A stretch of DNA of 64,000 bases, from NCBI GenBank assembly GCA_030430565.1, contig JAUIKS010000008.1, positions 239,225 to 303,224 of the forward strand, written 5' to 3'. The position numbers and the translations under genes are program-made. Below the pieces are notes generated by a model. It was not told the origin of the DNA, did no database searches, and was given only the letters and a program-made list of their open reading frames with translations. The DNA is from Polyangia bacterium. GTDB taxonomy: Bacteria; Myxococcota_A; Polyangia; Nannocystales; Nannocystaceae. Below are positions 34,340 to 45,218 of the stretch, piece after piece (the stretch's first letter is position 1; every line of letters starts with the position of its first letter).

Positions 34340-35077
34340 ATGCCCGCGTTCGCCCAGGCCCCGATCGAAGCGCCGACGCGCGCGGGCGTCGGGCCTTGGC
34401 GCCAGCGCCCGCGAAGTGTCGCGCGGCTCACCGCGCACCTCGCTGCGCGCCCAGGCGCGCTGCTGGGTTCACGCCTCAGCGTCCTGCTCGCCGCGGGCGT
34501 CGTCGTCGCCTGCGGGGGCGCGCGCGAGGACCCGAACACGCCGGCGGCCTCGCGCGAGCAGGAGTACGCCAGTCAGCTCTCGGAGCGCTGCGACGACGGC
34601 GAGCTCGAGCGCTGCGTCGAGCTCGCGCTGCGCATGCTCGACGACGACGCGCACGCGCGCGACGAGGTCCGCGGCGTCGAGCTGCTCGAGTACGCATGTC
34701 TAAACGGACAGGCGCAAGGCTGCCGCGGGCTCGCGCGGGCCTACGACGCCGGGACCGGCGTGTCGCCGGACACGGGCCGCGCGATGGAGCTCTACACCCG
34801 CGCCTGCGCGATGAAGGACTACCGCGCCTGCCATCAAGCGGGCTCGCAGCACCTCAACGGCGAGCTGCGAGCGCCCGATCCCGAGGCCGCCCTGACCTAC
34901 CTGCGCGTCGCCTGCGACGAGGGCGACGTGCTCGAGGCCTGCCTCGAGCTCGCGGCGCTGCTCGAGCGAGGCGAGGGCGTGCCGCAGGATCGCGAGGCCG
35001 CCCGCGCGCTGCGGCGTCGCGTCTGCGACGCCGGGATGGCGGACGCCTGCGAGCCCGTGGTCGCGACCGGCGACTAG
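34340..35077 (+). CDS. Sel1-like repeat lipoprotein
   Basis: Signal SRLSVLLAAGVVVACGG (lipobox VAC). Repeated Cys-bracketed Sel1/HcpA-like units (LEYACLNGQAQGCRGLARAY, LYTRACAMKDYRACHQAG, YLRVACDEGDVLEACLELAA). The start may be downstream of 34340. Confidence 0.7.
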   Translation: MPAFAQAPIEAPTRAGVGPWRQRPRSVARLTAHLAARPGALLGSRLSVLLAAGVVVACGGAREDPNTPAASREQEYASQLSERCDDGELERCVELALRMLDDDAHARDEVRGVELLEYACLNGQAQGCRGLARAYDAGTGVSPDTGRAMELYTRACAMKDYRACHQAGSQHLNGELRAPDPEAALTYLRVACDEGDVLEACLELAALLERGEGVPQDREAARALRRRVCDAGMADACEPVVATGD

Positions 35078-35083
35078 GCCTGA

Positions 35084-35842
35084 ACTACGCGAATCGGCGA
35101 TGACCTCTCGAGCGTTCGCAACACGCGAGCCCACCTCGCGCCCCGCGTCACCTGCCACGTGCTCGACCTCGTCGGCGCCGGGGACAGCCGCTTCAGCCGC
35201 GCGACGCCGCTCGGGATCCAGCGCCACATCGAGGCGGTCCGCGCCGCCGTCGCGGCGCTCGAGCTGCGCGAGCTCGCGGTCGTCGGCCACGACAGCGGCG
35301 GCATGATCGCCCGCCACGCGCTCGCGGGTGATCCGCGGCTGCGCGCGATGGCGCTGATCAACACCGAGCAGCCCCAGGGGCTGAGCTGGCGGTTTCGCCA
35401 GTTCCTGCTGCTCGCGAAGCTGCCTGGCTTTATGAACATGCTCGCGTGGGTCGCCACGCGGCCCGGCCTGCGCCGCAACCGGTTTCTGCTGGGCGACTGC
35501 TTCGAGGACCGCAGCCTGCTCGGCGGCGAATTCGAGGAACTGTTCCTCGCGCCGCTGCAGCGCGACCTCGAGCGGCGCTGGGCGACCGGCGCGATCCTCG
35601 AGAGCTTTGACCCCCGCTACGTCCGTGAGCTCGCGGCGCTGCACGCCCGCGTCACCGCGCCCGTGCAGCTGGTGTGGGGCGCGGGCGACCCGTTCTTCCC
35701 GGTCGCGTGGGCGCGCGAGATGGTCGACACCTTCGCGGACGCGCGCCTGCACGTGGTCGCCGGCGCCAAGCTCTTCGCCCACGAGGAGCGCCCGGCCGAG
35801 GTCGCCGAGGCGATCCTCCCGACGCTGCTGGGGACGCGCTGA
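35084..35842 (+). CDS. Alpha/beta-hydrolase fold protein, N-terminally truncated relative to its paralog at 47076..47981 (possible pseudogene)
   Basis: ORF track 35159..35842 (GTG). The in-frame upstream read to the stop at 35081-83 adds only IGDDLSSVRNTRAHLAPRVTCH. HDSGG nucleophile elbow and C-terminal blocks align to the full-length paralog. The HG-x-P oxyanion region (about 60 aa) and a start codon are missing. The Sel1 gene stop lies immediately upstream. Confidence 0.5.
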   Translation, partial: TTRIGDDLSSVRNTRAHLAPRVTCHVLDLVGAGDSRFSRATPLGIQRHIEAVRAAVAALELRELAVVGHDSGGMIARHALAGDPRLRAMALINTEQPQGLSWRFRQFLLLAKLPGFMNMLAWVATRPGLRRNRFLLGDCFEDRSLLGGEFEELFLAPLQRDLERRWATGAILESFDPRYVRELAALHARVTAPVQLVWGAGDPFFPVAWAREMVDTFADARLHVVAGAKLFAHEERPAEVAEAILPTLLGTR

Positions 35843-36712
35843 TCAGCGCCACGCGGCGGTGATCAGCGCCTGCAGGCGCGCCTCCTCGGTCGCCGAGGTC
35901 TTGCACATGAAGCCCGTCTTGTGGGCGAAGTGGACGTCCGGCTCGCCCTCGACGCGCGAGAAGTCGAGCCGCGGGTGGTCCTCGTAGCGGCGCAGGCCGT
36001 AGCCGTCGCCGCGGCGGTCCGGATAGACGATCGCGGCGACGCGCTCCTCGAGGCCCTCGGCGCGCACGTAGCTGCTGACCGCGCCGCTCGGCTCGTCGAG
36101 CGGCGGATCGGTGCGCTTGAGCGCGACGACCTCGATGACGTCCTCACCGACCGAGAGCGACCAGCGCTCGACGTTGCGACCGACGTAGCGCAGCCGCGCC
36201 CGCGCGACGCGGAGGTACTCGAGCAGATCCTGACCGATGAAGCGCATGAACTCGTACAGCGGCTCCCCGGCCGCGAGCTGCTGCGCGCCGGCGAAGCGGC
36301 GCAGCGCCGTCACGTCGATGGGCGAGTTGAGCCGCGAGATCGCGCGGCGCGGGACCCCGAGCCACGCGGCGGTCTTCTGCGGGCCGCGCGAGTCAAACCA
36401 CTCGGCCGGCTCGAGCCAGTCGCAGAGCTGCAGCGCGTCCTGGTAGAGGCCGAGGTGGTCGAGCACCAGGCTCAACGCGCAGGTCGGCGGGTGCTCGCGC
36501 GGGAAGTGGTGGTGGTCGAAGTTCATCCGCGCTGGGTCGTGCGCGCCGCCGATGTCGACGATCGCCACCGCGGGGTCGTCGAGCTCGGCGGGCGTCGGCA
36601 CGCGCCGGACGATCGGGGCGCCGTGGAGCGCCGAGAGCACGCAGACGGCGAGGAAGTCGTCTTTGTGGGCGCCGCCCGGGTGCGTGAGGATCGTGTGCAC
36701 GGTGCCGGTCAT
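35843..36712 (-). CDS. MYG1/UPF0160-family metal-dependent hydrolase
   Basis: ATG at 36712 gives MTGTVHTILTHPGGAHKDDFLAVCVL, matching the MYG1 GTH-G-FH-DE-LA motif. NFDHHHF follows. Confidence 0.75.
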   Translation of the reverse strand: MTGTVHTILTHPGGAHKDDFLAVCVLSALHGAPIVRRVPTPAELDDPAVAIVDIGGAHDPARMNFDHHHFPREHPPTCALSLVLDHLGLYQDALQLCDWLEPAEWFDSRGPQKTAAWLGVPRRAISRLNSPIDVTALRRFAGAQQLAAGEPLYEFMRFIGQDLLEYLRVARARLRYVGRNVERWSLSVGEDVIEVVALKRTDPPLDEPSGAVSSYVRAEGLEERVAAIVYPDRRGDGYGLRRYEDHPRLDFSRVEGEPDVHFAHKTGFMCKTSATEEARLQALITAAWR

Positions 36713-36963
36713 CCCGCCTCTATAGCGCTTCTTGGCGCCGCGCGCGAACGCGCGCCCAAAACAACATGACCCTTCGGACATTTAATCCTAGAAATCGCCG
36801 CGCGGCTCCCTATACTCCACCCGAGGGCGCCACGTGGGCGCGAGGAAAGCGCAATCAGGCCCAAATGGTTGGGCCACATCGTAGCAACACGATACGCGGG
36901 CTCAGCTCCCGCAGCTTCTTTCCAAGAAAACCAACCTTCTCCTCCGTCGGGCTGCCCTCAAAG

Positions 36964-36992
36964 CTTCCAACTTGACCTGACTTGACCTGACT
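36964..36992. repeat. Tandem direct repeat (ttgacctgac x ~2.5) in low-GC intergenic region
   Basis: cttgacctgacttgacctgacttgatc is seen directly. It lies between the 3' end of the GD-repeat lipoprotein gene and the upstream region of the MYG1-like gene. Confidence 0.6.
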
Positions 36993-37035
36993 TGATCGGG
37001 CGTGAGCTGACCCGAGCCGCCGAGCGAGGCCGCGG

Positions 37036-38340
<1,305 letters not shown>

Positions 38341-38413
38341 TCTCCCCGCTCGTCGCGTCCCAGACGCTCCCGGCCCCCCGGCTCGCGCGGTGTGGTACAC
38401 GACCCAGCGTCCC

Positions 38414-40672
38414 ATGCTCCGCCCTAAGCTCGACGCGATCTTCGAACAGACCGACCCTGAGCTCGTCGCGGCCCTCGAGACGAAGCTCGCCGACGCGCTC
38501 GCGCGCGATACGTCGTGGCGGACGCTCGGGATCTCGCGCCTCGCCCTCGACCTGCACGAAGATACACCTCGAGTGCTGCGCCCGGCGCCGAGCGGCCGCT
38601 GGGTCCCCGTCCGCGTTGGCGCGCAGCTCACGATGACGGAGGCCCTCCTGCTCGACACGCCCGAGCAGGAGGCGCTGCTCGAGCGGCTCGACGCGGCGGT
38701 CCCCGGGGACAGCTCCGGGCTGGAGGTGCGCCGCTGGCACGTGGTCGTCGAGACCGTGACGGATCCGACGCGCCAGTGCTCCCTGGACGAGGCCCGCGCG
38801 CACGATCCGGAGGTCGAGGCCGGTGACGAGCTCGGCTTCCCGGACCACGCGGCCACGGAGCTCGCGCGGCGCGTCGTCATCGAGGCGCTGCGACGGGTCA
38901 TCCCGCTGCAGGTCTTGGACGCGTACCCCGAGGCCGACGCCGCCGTGAACGCGGCGCTCGCGGAGGAGCGCGCGCGCACGGGCTGGTCGCGGGGCGAGCT
39001 GCTCGCGCGGGTCGGCGACGCCCGCGAGCCCGCGGCGCTCGACCGCGCGATCCTGGACCATGACTACGCGCTCGAGGCTGACGAGCTCTCGCGGGACCCC
39101 GACGCCCCGGATCACGTCCCGACCGCGCTCGCCCGCCTCGTGCCTGTTGACCGGGCGCTCGCCGACGCCTACGCGCGGGCCTACCGCGAGGCGCACCCGC
39201 CCCCGCCCGTACCCGGCGCCGACGTCGAGGGCGTGCTCGAGCGCTGGCGCCGGGGCGAGGAGGTGCTCGAGCGGGCGCTCGCCCTGTCCCCCAGCGAGCG
39301 TCGTGAGCTCGTCGCCCGGGTCGCGCGCCACCGCGACGTCGATCACGCGTGGCACCTGCTGTTCGCGCTCGCGGCGGCCCGACCCGGCGAGCTGCTCGAT
39401 CCCATCGAGCGCGCGCTCGCGGGCTGGTCCGACGGCGCGCGCGTCATGCCCCGCGCGTGGTGGGAGGACATCCGCGCCGGGCGGTTCGCGCCCGCGCACC
39501 GCCTCGTGCGCCAGCTCGTCGTCGAGCGCGCCGAGGTCGAGGTGCTCCTTCAGCCAGGTGTTGAACAGAGCCTCGGCGGCCTCACCGGCCTCGGTCTCTC
39601 GCGGCTGGAAGAGCCCGCGCTGCTCGAGGTCCTCCAGCTGCCGTGGCTCGCCGGCGTCCGCGAGCTGCACCTGCTCCGCGTCCCCTGGACCGAGGCGGGC
39701 GCGGCGGCCCTGGCGACGACGCGCGCGCTGCCCGGGGTCCGCCGGCTGACGCTCTCGGGCGGCGTCATCGACCCGGCGCAGCTCGCGACGCTGTGGCTGG
39801 GGAGCTCGTGCCCGGCGCTGGAGCGCCTCACGCTCGAGACGCTGCGAACGACCAGACCCTCGGGACAGAAGTTCGCCGAGCAGGTGATCGACGACCCCGT
39901 GCCCCTGCGCGAGCTCGCGGTCGCGCTGCGAGGGCGCGCGCTCGCCCGCCCGCCCTTCGCGGTCGTCCTCAAGGGCCTCGGCGTCGACACCCCAGGCGTC
40001 GACGCGCTCGCGCGGGAGCCGAGCTTTCAGGCGCTCGCGGGCGTCGACTGGCTGTTCTGCGCCCTCGAGACCCGCGCGATCCAGCGACTCGCGGCCGCGC
40101 CGCTGCAGCTGCGGCGCTTCGTCCTGAACCTCGGGAAGCTCGGCCCGGCGGGCGCGCGTGCCCTCGCCGACGCCGTCTGGCTCCCGCAGCTCGAGACGCT
40201 CGAGCTGCCGGCCCAGTCCTGCGGGGACGCGCCAACAGCCGCGCTGCTCCGCCGCGGTCTCCAGCTGCGGGAGCTCGTGCTGCGCCACAACTCGCTCGCG
40301 GAGGAGACGGCCGAGGCGCTCGCCCAGCTGCCGCTGCGCGCCCTCGAGGTCCTCATCCTCAGCTACAACCAGTTCACCGACGACCAGCTCGCGCGTGTCC
40401 TCGCCAACCCGAGCCTCGGCGCGCTGCGAGCGTTCGAAGCCCTGGGCACGGGCGCGTCGACCCGAACCTGCGAGGCGCTCCGCGATCACGGCCATCTGCG
40501 CCGGCTCGAGCGCGTCAACCTCGGGGACGCCGTCAGCGACGCGGGCGCGCGCGCGCTCGCGGAGGCCGAGCTCCCCGCGCTCACGCGCCTGCAGCTGCGC
40601 GGCGTCTCGGATCAGGCGATCGGGGCGCTCGCGCGCGAGGGCGTGTACGTGACCAACGCGATGTTCGCCTGA
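38414..40672 (+). CDS. Leucine-rich-repeat (ribonuclease-inhibitor-like) protein
   Basis: ATG at 38414 (MLRPKLDAIFEQ). C-terminal ~450 aa carry repeated LxxLxLxxNxL-type units (LRELVLRHNSLAEETAEALAQLPLRALEVLILSYNQFTDDQLARVLANPSLGALRAF...). Confidence 0.7.
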   Translation: MLRPKLDAIFEQTDPELVAALETKLADALARDTSWRTLGISRLALDLHEDTPRVLRPAPSGRWVPVRVGAQLTMTEALLLDTPEQEALLERLDAAVPGDSSGLEVRRWHVVVETVTDPTRQCSLDEARAHDPEVEAGDELGFPDHAATELARRVVIEALRRVIPLQVLDAYPEADAAVNAALAEERARTGWSRGELLARVGDAREPAALDRAILDHDYALEADELSRDPDAPDHVPTALARLVPVDRALADAYARAYREAHPPPPVPGADVEGVLERWRRGEEVLERALALSPSERRELVARVARHRDVDHAWHLLFALAAARPGELLDPIERALAGWSDGARVMPRAWWEDIRAGRFAPAHRLVRQLVVERAEVEVLLQPGVEQSLGGLTGLGLSRLEEPALLEVLQLPWLAGVRELHLLRVPWTEAGAAALATTRALPGVRRLTLSGGVIDPAQLATLWLGSSCPALERLTLETLRTTRPSGQKFAEQVIDDPVPLRELAVALRGRALARPPFAVVLKGLGVDTPGVDALAREPSFQALAGVDWLFCALETRAIQRLAAAPLQLRRFVLNLGKLGPAGARALADAVWLPQLETLELPAQSCGDAPTAALLRRGLQLRELVLRHNSLAEETAEALAQLPLRALEVLILSYNQFTDDQLARVLANPSLGALRAFEALGTGASTRTCEALRDHGHLRRLERVNLGDAVSDAGARALAEAELPALTRLQLRGVSDQAIGALAREGVYVTNAMFA

Positions 40673-40707
40673 GTCGGGATACGAGCGGCCGCGGCCCGTC
40701 GACCGCG

Positions 40708-40971
40708 TCAGCCAGCGCCGCCGATGAGCTCCTCCGGCGAGCGCCCGCTGAAGAGCGCGTCGAGGTGCGACTCCGAGAGGATCGGGATCCCGAGCGTGCG
40801 CGCCTCGTCCGCTCGCTTCCCGGGGTCACGACCGGCGATGACGAGGTCGACGTCTTGGCTGACCCGCTTCACGACATCAGCGCCGATGTCATAGAGACCG
40901 AACTCGAGCTCGTCGCGCGGCTGACTGTCGAAGGTCCCGATCAGACAAACTTTCTTTCCCTCAATGCTCAT
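40708..40971 (-). CDS. Small BRCT-domain protein
   Basis: MSIEGKKVCLIGTFDSQPRDELEFGLYDIGADVVKRVSQDVDLVIAGRDPGKRADEARTLGIPILSESHLDALF is BRCT-like (resembles the NAD-ligase C-terminus). ATG at 40971. The ORF may extend to 41091. Confidence 0.5.
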   Translation of the reverse strand: MSIEGKKVCLIGTFDSQPRDELEFGLYDIGADVVKRVSQDVDLVIAGRDPGKRADEARTLGIPILSESHLDALFSGRSPEELIGGAG

Positions 40972-41122
40972 CGCCCATCTGTACAACAACTCGTCGTCAA
41001 CAACGGCGACGCGGTCAAGCGCTCGCTGTAGCCCACCACACGACTCGGTCGCGGCTACGGCGTCGAGACCTGCGGCGCGCCGATCCATCACTCGAGAAAA
41101 GCCGCGCTCGCGACCCCGCTCG

Positions 41123-41998
41123 CTACGACGCGATCTCGTCGCCGCGCCAGCGGATCAGGCCCTCCTGCACCGTCGACGCGACGAGCTGGCCGTCGCGGGA
41201 GTACCAGTGCCCGCGCACGAGGCCGCGCGCGCCGGCGGCGGATGGGCTCTCGACCACGTGCAGCAGCCACTCGTCCATGCGAAACGGGCGGTGAAACCAC
41301 ATCGCGTGATCGAGGCTGGCGATCTGTAAACGCGGATCAAAGATCCGCGCGCGGTGGGGCAGCAGCGCCGTCGAGAGGAAGCTGAAGTCCGAGGCGTAGG
41401 CGAGCACGTACTGATGGACGCGCAGGTCGTCGGGCATCGTGTCGCTGGCGCGAAACCACGCGCGCCGGGCGGGCGGTCGCGCGTCGGGGTTGATGGGGTC
41501 GACCGGGTCGACGATCCGGATCTCGATCGGCCGCTCTGCGGTGAACTTGTCGCGCACGCTCGGGGGGATCAGCGAGGCGCGCTCGCGGACGCGCTCGAGC
41601 TCCGAGACCAGGCCCTCGGGCCCCGGCGTCTCCGGCATCGCGTCGGCGTGCTCGTAACCTGTCTCTTCGATCTGAAACGAGGCCGCCATGTTGAAGATCG
41701 CCCGCCCCTTCTGGATCGCGACGACGCGGCGGGTCGTGAAGCTCTTGCCGTCGCGGATGCAGTCGACGTCGTAGACGATGGGCAGCCGCGCGTCGCCGCG
41801 CCGCAGGAAGTAGCCGTGCATCGAGTGCACGCGGCGGCTCTCGGGCACCGTCTGCTTGGCGGCCGAGAGCGCCTGCCCGAGGACCTGTCCGCCGAACACC
41901 GCGCCCCAGCCCAGGTCCTGGCTCTGGCCTCGAAACAACGTTTCCTCGATCTTCTCGAGCTGCAGCAGCTCGAGCAATTCGTGCAGCACGGTCGCCAT
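41123..41998 (-). CDS. tesB: Acyl-CoA thioesterase II
   Basis: ATG at 41998 gives MATVLHELLELLQLEKIEETLFRGQSQDLGWGAVFGGQVLGQAL. Double hotdog fold, with a second-half catalytic region (YASDFSFLSTAL). Confidence 0.85.
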   Translation of the reverse strand: MATVLHELLELLQLEKIEETLFRGQSQDLGWGAVFGGQVLGQALSAAKQTVPESRRVHSMHGYFLRRGDARLPIVYDVDCIRDGKSFTTRRVVAIQKGRAIFNMAASFQIEETGYEHADAMPETPGPEGLVSELERVRERASLIPPSVRDKFTAERPIEIRIVDPVDPINPDARPPARRAWFRASDTMPDDLRVHQYVLAYASDFSFLSTALLPHRARIFDPRLQIASLDHAMWFHRPFRMDEWLLHVVESPSAAGARGLVRGHWYSRDGQLVASTVQEGLIRWRGDEIAS

Positions 41999-42080
41999 CG
42001 GGATCGGTGATACCACGATCGCCGCGCGCGTCGCTCGCCTGTCCCCTGGTTTCTGTCGGCAGGCTATAGTGCGCGCGAAT

Positions 42081-43565
42081 ATGCCGATCCGCACCGCCGA
42101 GGAGTACATCGAGAGCCTGCGCGAGCGCGATCTGAACGTGTACCTGTTCGGCGAGCGCGTCGCGGAGCCCGTCGACCACCCGGTGATCCGCCCCTCGATC
42201 AACGCCGTCGCCGAGACCTACCGGCTCGCCGAGGAGGATCCCGAGCTGGCCTCGGCGCCCTCGCGCCTGAGCGGGCAGCGCGTCAATCGCTTCCTGCACG
42301 TGACCGAGAGCGCCGCGGACGTCGTGCAACAAAACCGCATGCAGCGGCGGCTGGGGCAGCGCACCGGGACCTGCTTTCAGCGCTGCGTCGGCATGGACGC
42401 GATCAACGCGCTGTACTCGCTCACGCACGATATCGACCTGGCCCACAAGACCGGCTACCACGAACGCTTCCGCGCGTTCGTGCGCCGCATGCAGCGCGAG
42501 AACTACGTGATCGGCGGCGCGATGACGGACCCCAAGGGCGACCGCTCGCGCCCGCCGTCGCAGCAGGACGATCCGGACCTGTTCACGCGGGTGGTCGAGC
42601 GCCGCGAGGGCGGCGTCGTGATCCGCGGCGCCAAGATGCACCAGACCGGCTGCGTCAACTCGCACTGGCTGATCGTCATGCCGACGATGCGGCTGCGCGA
42701 GGCCGACCGCGACTACGCCATCGTCGCGGCGCTGCCCGTCGACGCCAAGGGCGTCACCTACATCTACGGGCGCCAGAGCTGCGACGCGCGGGCGCTGGAG
42801 GGCGCGCGCTCGGGCTCGACGGTCGACGCCGGCAACGCGCGCTTCGGCGGGCAGGAGGCGATGATCGTCTTCGACGACGTGTTCGTGCCGAACGAGCACA
42901 TCTTCATGGACGGCGAGTTCGAGTTCGCGGCCGCGCTCGTCGAGCGCTTCACCGCCTACCACCGTCGCAGCTACGTGTGCAAGACCGGCCTCGGCGACGT
43001 GATCATCGGCGCGGCCGCGACGATCGCCGAGTACAACGGCGTCGAGCGAGCGTCGCACATCCGCGACAAGCTGGTCGAGATGATCCACCTCAACGAGACC
43101 ATCTACGGGGCCGGGATCGCCGCCTCGCACGAGTCCTACGAGACCGCCGCCGGCAACTTCCAAAACGACGAGATGCTCGCCAACGTGTGCAAGCACAACG
43201 TCACGCGCTTCCCCTACGAGCTCGCGCGCCTCGCCCAGGACCTCGCCGGCGGACTGCTCGTGACGATGCCGGCCGACGCGGAGTTCCGCAGCGAGGTCAC
43301 CGGCCCGCTGCTGCGCAAGTACCTCAAGACGCGCCCCGACGTCTCGGTCGACAACCGCCGCCGGATCCTCCGGCTGATCGAGAACATGACCCTGGGGCGC
43401 AACGCGGTCGGCTACCTCACCGAGTCGATGCACGGCGCCGGCTCGCCGCAGGCCCAGCGGATCCAGCTGCGTCGGCTCGCCAAGCTCGACGAGAAGAAGG
43501 CCATGGCCAAGCGCCTCGCGGGCGTCGTCGAGTCGACGCCAGCGGACGAGCCCGAGGGCGGCTAG
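42081..43565 (+). CDS. 4-hydroxybutyryl-CoA dehydratase/vinylacetyl-CoA isomerase (AbfD)/HpaB-family flavoprotein
   Basis: ATG at 42081 gives MPIRTAEEYIESLRERDLNVYLFGERV (HpaB_N-like). TCFQRC CxxxC motif. Length 494 aa. Divergently placed from tesB. Confidence 0.75.
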   Translation: MPIRTAEEYIESLRERDLNVYLFGERVAEPVDHPVIRPSINAVAETYRLAEEDPELASAPSRLSGQRVNRFLHVTESAADVVQQNRMQRRLGQRTGTCFQRCVGMDAINALYSLTHDIDLAHKTGYHERFRAFVRRMQRENYVIGGAMTDPKGDRSRPPSQQDDPDLFTRVVERREGGVVIRGAKMHQTGCVNSHWLIVMPTMRLREADRDYAIVAALPVDAKGVTYIYGRQSCDARALEGARSGSTVDAGNARFGGQEAMIVFDDVFVPNEHIFMDGEFEFAAALVERFTAYHRRSYVCKTGLGDVIIGAAATIAEYNGVERASHIRDKLVEMIHLNETIYGAGIAASHESYETAAGNFQNDEMLANVCKHNVTRFPYELARLAQDLAGGLLVTMPADAEFRSEVTGPLLRKYLKTRPDVSVDNRRRILRLIENMTLGRNAVGYLTESMHGAGSPQAQRIQLRRLAKLDEKKAMAKRLAGVVESTPADEPEGG

Positions 43566-43616
43566 CTCACACGCCGCCGGCGCGCCTGCGCCCGCTGCAG
43601 CGGCTACAACGAGCGC

Positions 43617-45218
43617 GTGATCAGCAAGCCCAAGGACCAGGCCCCGCGCCCGCGCGTCGCCGGCGTGACCGCGCCCCTGTTCTCGCTGTGGACGGCCCAG
43701 TCCGCGGGGCTCGGCGACATCGCCGACCTGCCCCCGACCGCGCGCTGGCTCGCCGACGCCGGCTTCGGCCTGCTGCAGCTGCTCCCGCTCGCCGAGCTCT
43801 CGCGCTGGAGCGACTCGCCCTACTCCGCGCGCGCGGCCTTCGGCCTCGACCCGATCTACGTCTCGGGGACATGGCTCGATGAGCAGGTACCAGGGACCCA
43901 GGCGGACGCGCCCCCGCGCCCGACGGACGACGGCCCGATCGACTACGGGCGCGCGCGAACCTACAAAGAGGCGCTGCTCGCCGCCGCGTTCGCGCGCTTT
44001 CGGCGGGCGGGCGCGGACGCGGATCTCGCCGCGTTCCGCGAGCGACACCGCGACTGGCTCGAGCCGCTGGCGCTCTACGGCGCGCTCAAGGATCGGGTCG
44101 GCGACGTCGGCTGGTGGGACTGGCCGACCGGGCTTGCCGCGCGCGAGCCGGAGGCGCTGGCGCGCGCGCGCGCGGAGCACCGCGACGCGATCGACTACCA
44201 CGCCTTCAAGCAGTGGATCCTGCACACGCAGTGGGCCCGCGCGCGCCGGGAGCTCGCGGCCATGGGCGTCGCGCTGATGGGCGACCTCCCATTCTCGGTC
44301 ACCGCCGACAGCGTCGACGTGTGGCGCGAGCGCGCGCTGTTTCGCCGTGACCGCTCGCTCGGGGCGCCCGGCGATCAGTTCAACGAGGACGGCCAGGACT
44401 GGATGCTCCCGGCCTACAACTGGGAGCGGCTCGCGGCCACCGACTACGCCTGGATGCGGAGGCGCGTGCGCTACGCCGGGCTGCTCTTCGACCGCGTGCG
44501 CGTCGATCATCTCGTCGGCCTGTTCCGCTCCTACACGCGGCCAATGGAGGACCTGCGCGACGACGACGGGCGGCTGGTGCCGGGGGCTTTCGATCCCGCG
44601 GATCCGGCGGCGCAGGAGGCCCAGGGCGCGCGCGTGCTCGCGGCGATGATCGAGTCCGCGGCCGCGGAGGGGGCGACGCTGGTCGCTGAGGATCTCGGCT
44701 GCATCCCCGACTACGTGCCCGAGGCCATGGCCCGCCTCGAGCTGCCCGGCTACCGCGTGCTGATCTGGGAGAAAGACGGCGAGGCGTTCCGCGACCCCCG
44801 CGAGTACCCGACGCGCTCCGTCGCCTGCTTCTCGACCCACGACACCGCGCCCGTCACCGCCTGGTACGAGTCGCTCGGCGTGGACGAGCGCGCGGAGCTG
44901 CACGCGCTGTGCGAGCGCAGCGTCGGCGCCCCGATCGTTCTCGACGACGCCGCGCTCTCGAGCTTCAGCCCCGCGGTCCACGGCGCGCTGCTCAAGCTGC
45001 TCCAAGGGTCATCCAGCGAGCTGACGCTGCTGCTGATCCAGGAGCTCTACGCGAGCGCCGAGCGCATCAACACGCCGGCGACCGTCGGCCCGCACAACTG
45101 GCGCTACCGGCTGCCCGCGCCGCTCGAGCTCCTGCGCGAGCAGCCCGCCATCAAGCGCGCGCTCGCGCGCTGTCGCCAGGCCGTCGTCGACGCCGGGCGA
45201 GCGCCCGCCCGCGCGTAG
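43617..45218 (+). CDS. malQ: 4-alpha-glucanotransferase (amylomaltase)
   Basis: GVTAPLFSLWTAQSAGLGDIADL, GFGLLQLLPL, VALMGDLPFSV, GLLFDRVRVDHLVGLFRSY are GH77 motifs. Confidence 0.85.
   Translation: MISKPKDQAPRPRVAGVTAPLFSLWTAQSAGLGDIADLPPTARWLADAGFGLLQLLPLAELSRWSDSPYSARAAFGLDPIYVSGTWLDEQVPGTQADAPPRPTDDGPIDYGRARTYKEALLAAAFARFRRAGADADLAAFRERHRDWLEPLALYGALKDRVGDVGWWDWPTGLAAREPEALARARAEHRDAIDYHAFKQWILHTQWARARRELAAMGVALMGDLPFSVTADSVDVWRERALFRRDRSLGAPGDQFNEDGQDWMLPAYNWERLAATDYAWMRRRVRYAGLLFDRVRVDHLVGLFRSYTRPMEDLRDDDGRLVPGAFDPADPAAQEAQGARVLAAMIESAAAEGATLVAEDLGCIPDYVPEAMARLELPGYRVLIWEKDGEAFRDPREYPTRSVACFSTHDTAPVTAWYESLGVDERAELHALCERSVGAPIVLDDAALSSFSPAVHGALLKLLQGSSSELTLLLIQELYASAERINTPATVGPHNWRYRLPAPLELLREQPAIKRALARCRQAVVDAGRAPARA

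Noticed and set aside
34700-35782. 360-aa minus ORF
   Set aside because: Antisense to the Sel1 lipoprotein and the truncated hydrolase.
36766-36975. 69-aa plus ORF in the low-GC intergenic island
   Set aside because: Low-complexity translation with no start context. The region is more likely non-coding.
41337-45005. 1222-aa minus ORF
   Set aside because: Antisense across tesB (off-frame), the AbfD/HpaB-like gene and malQ. No motifs. Implausible single gene.
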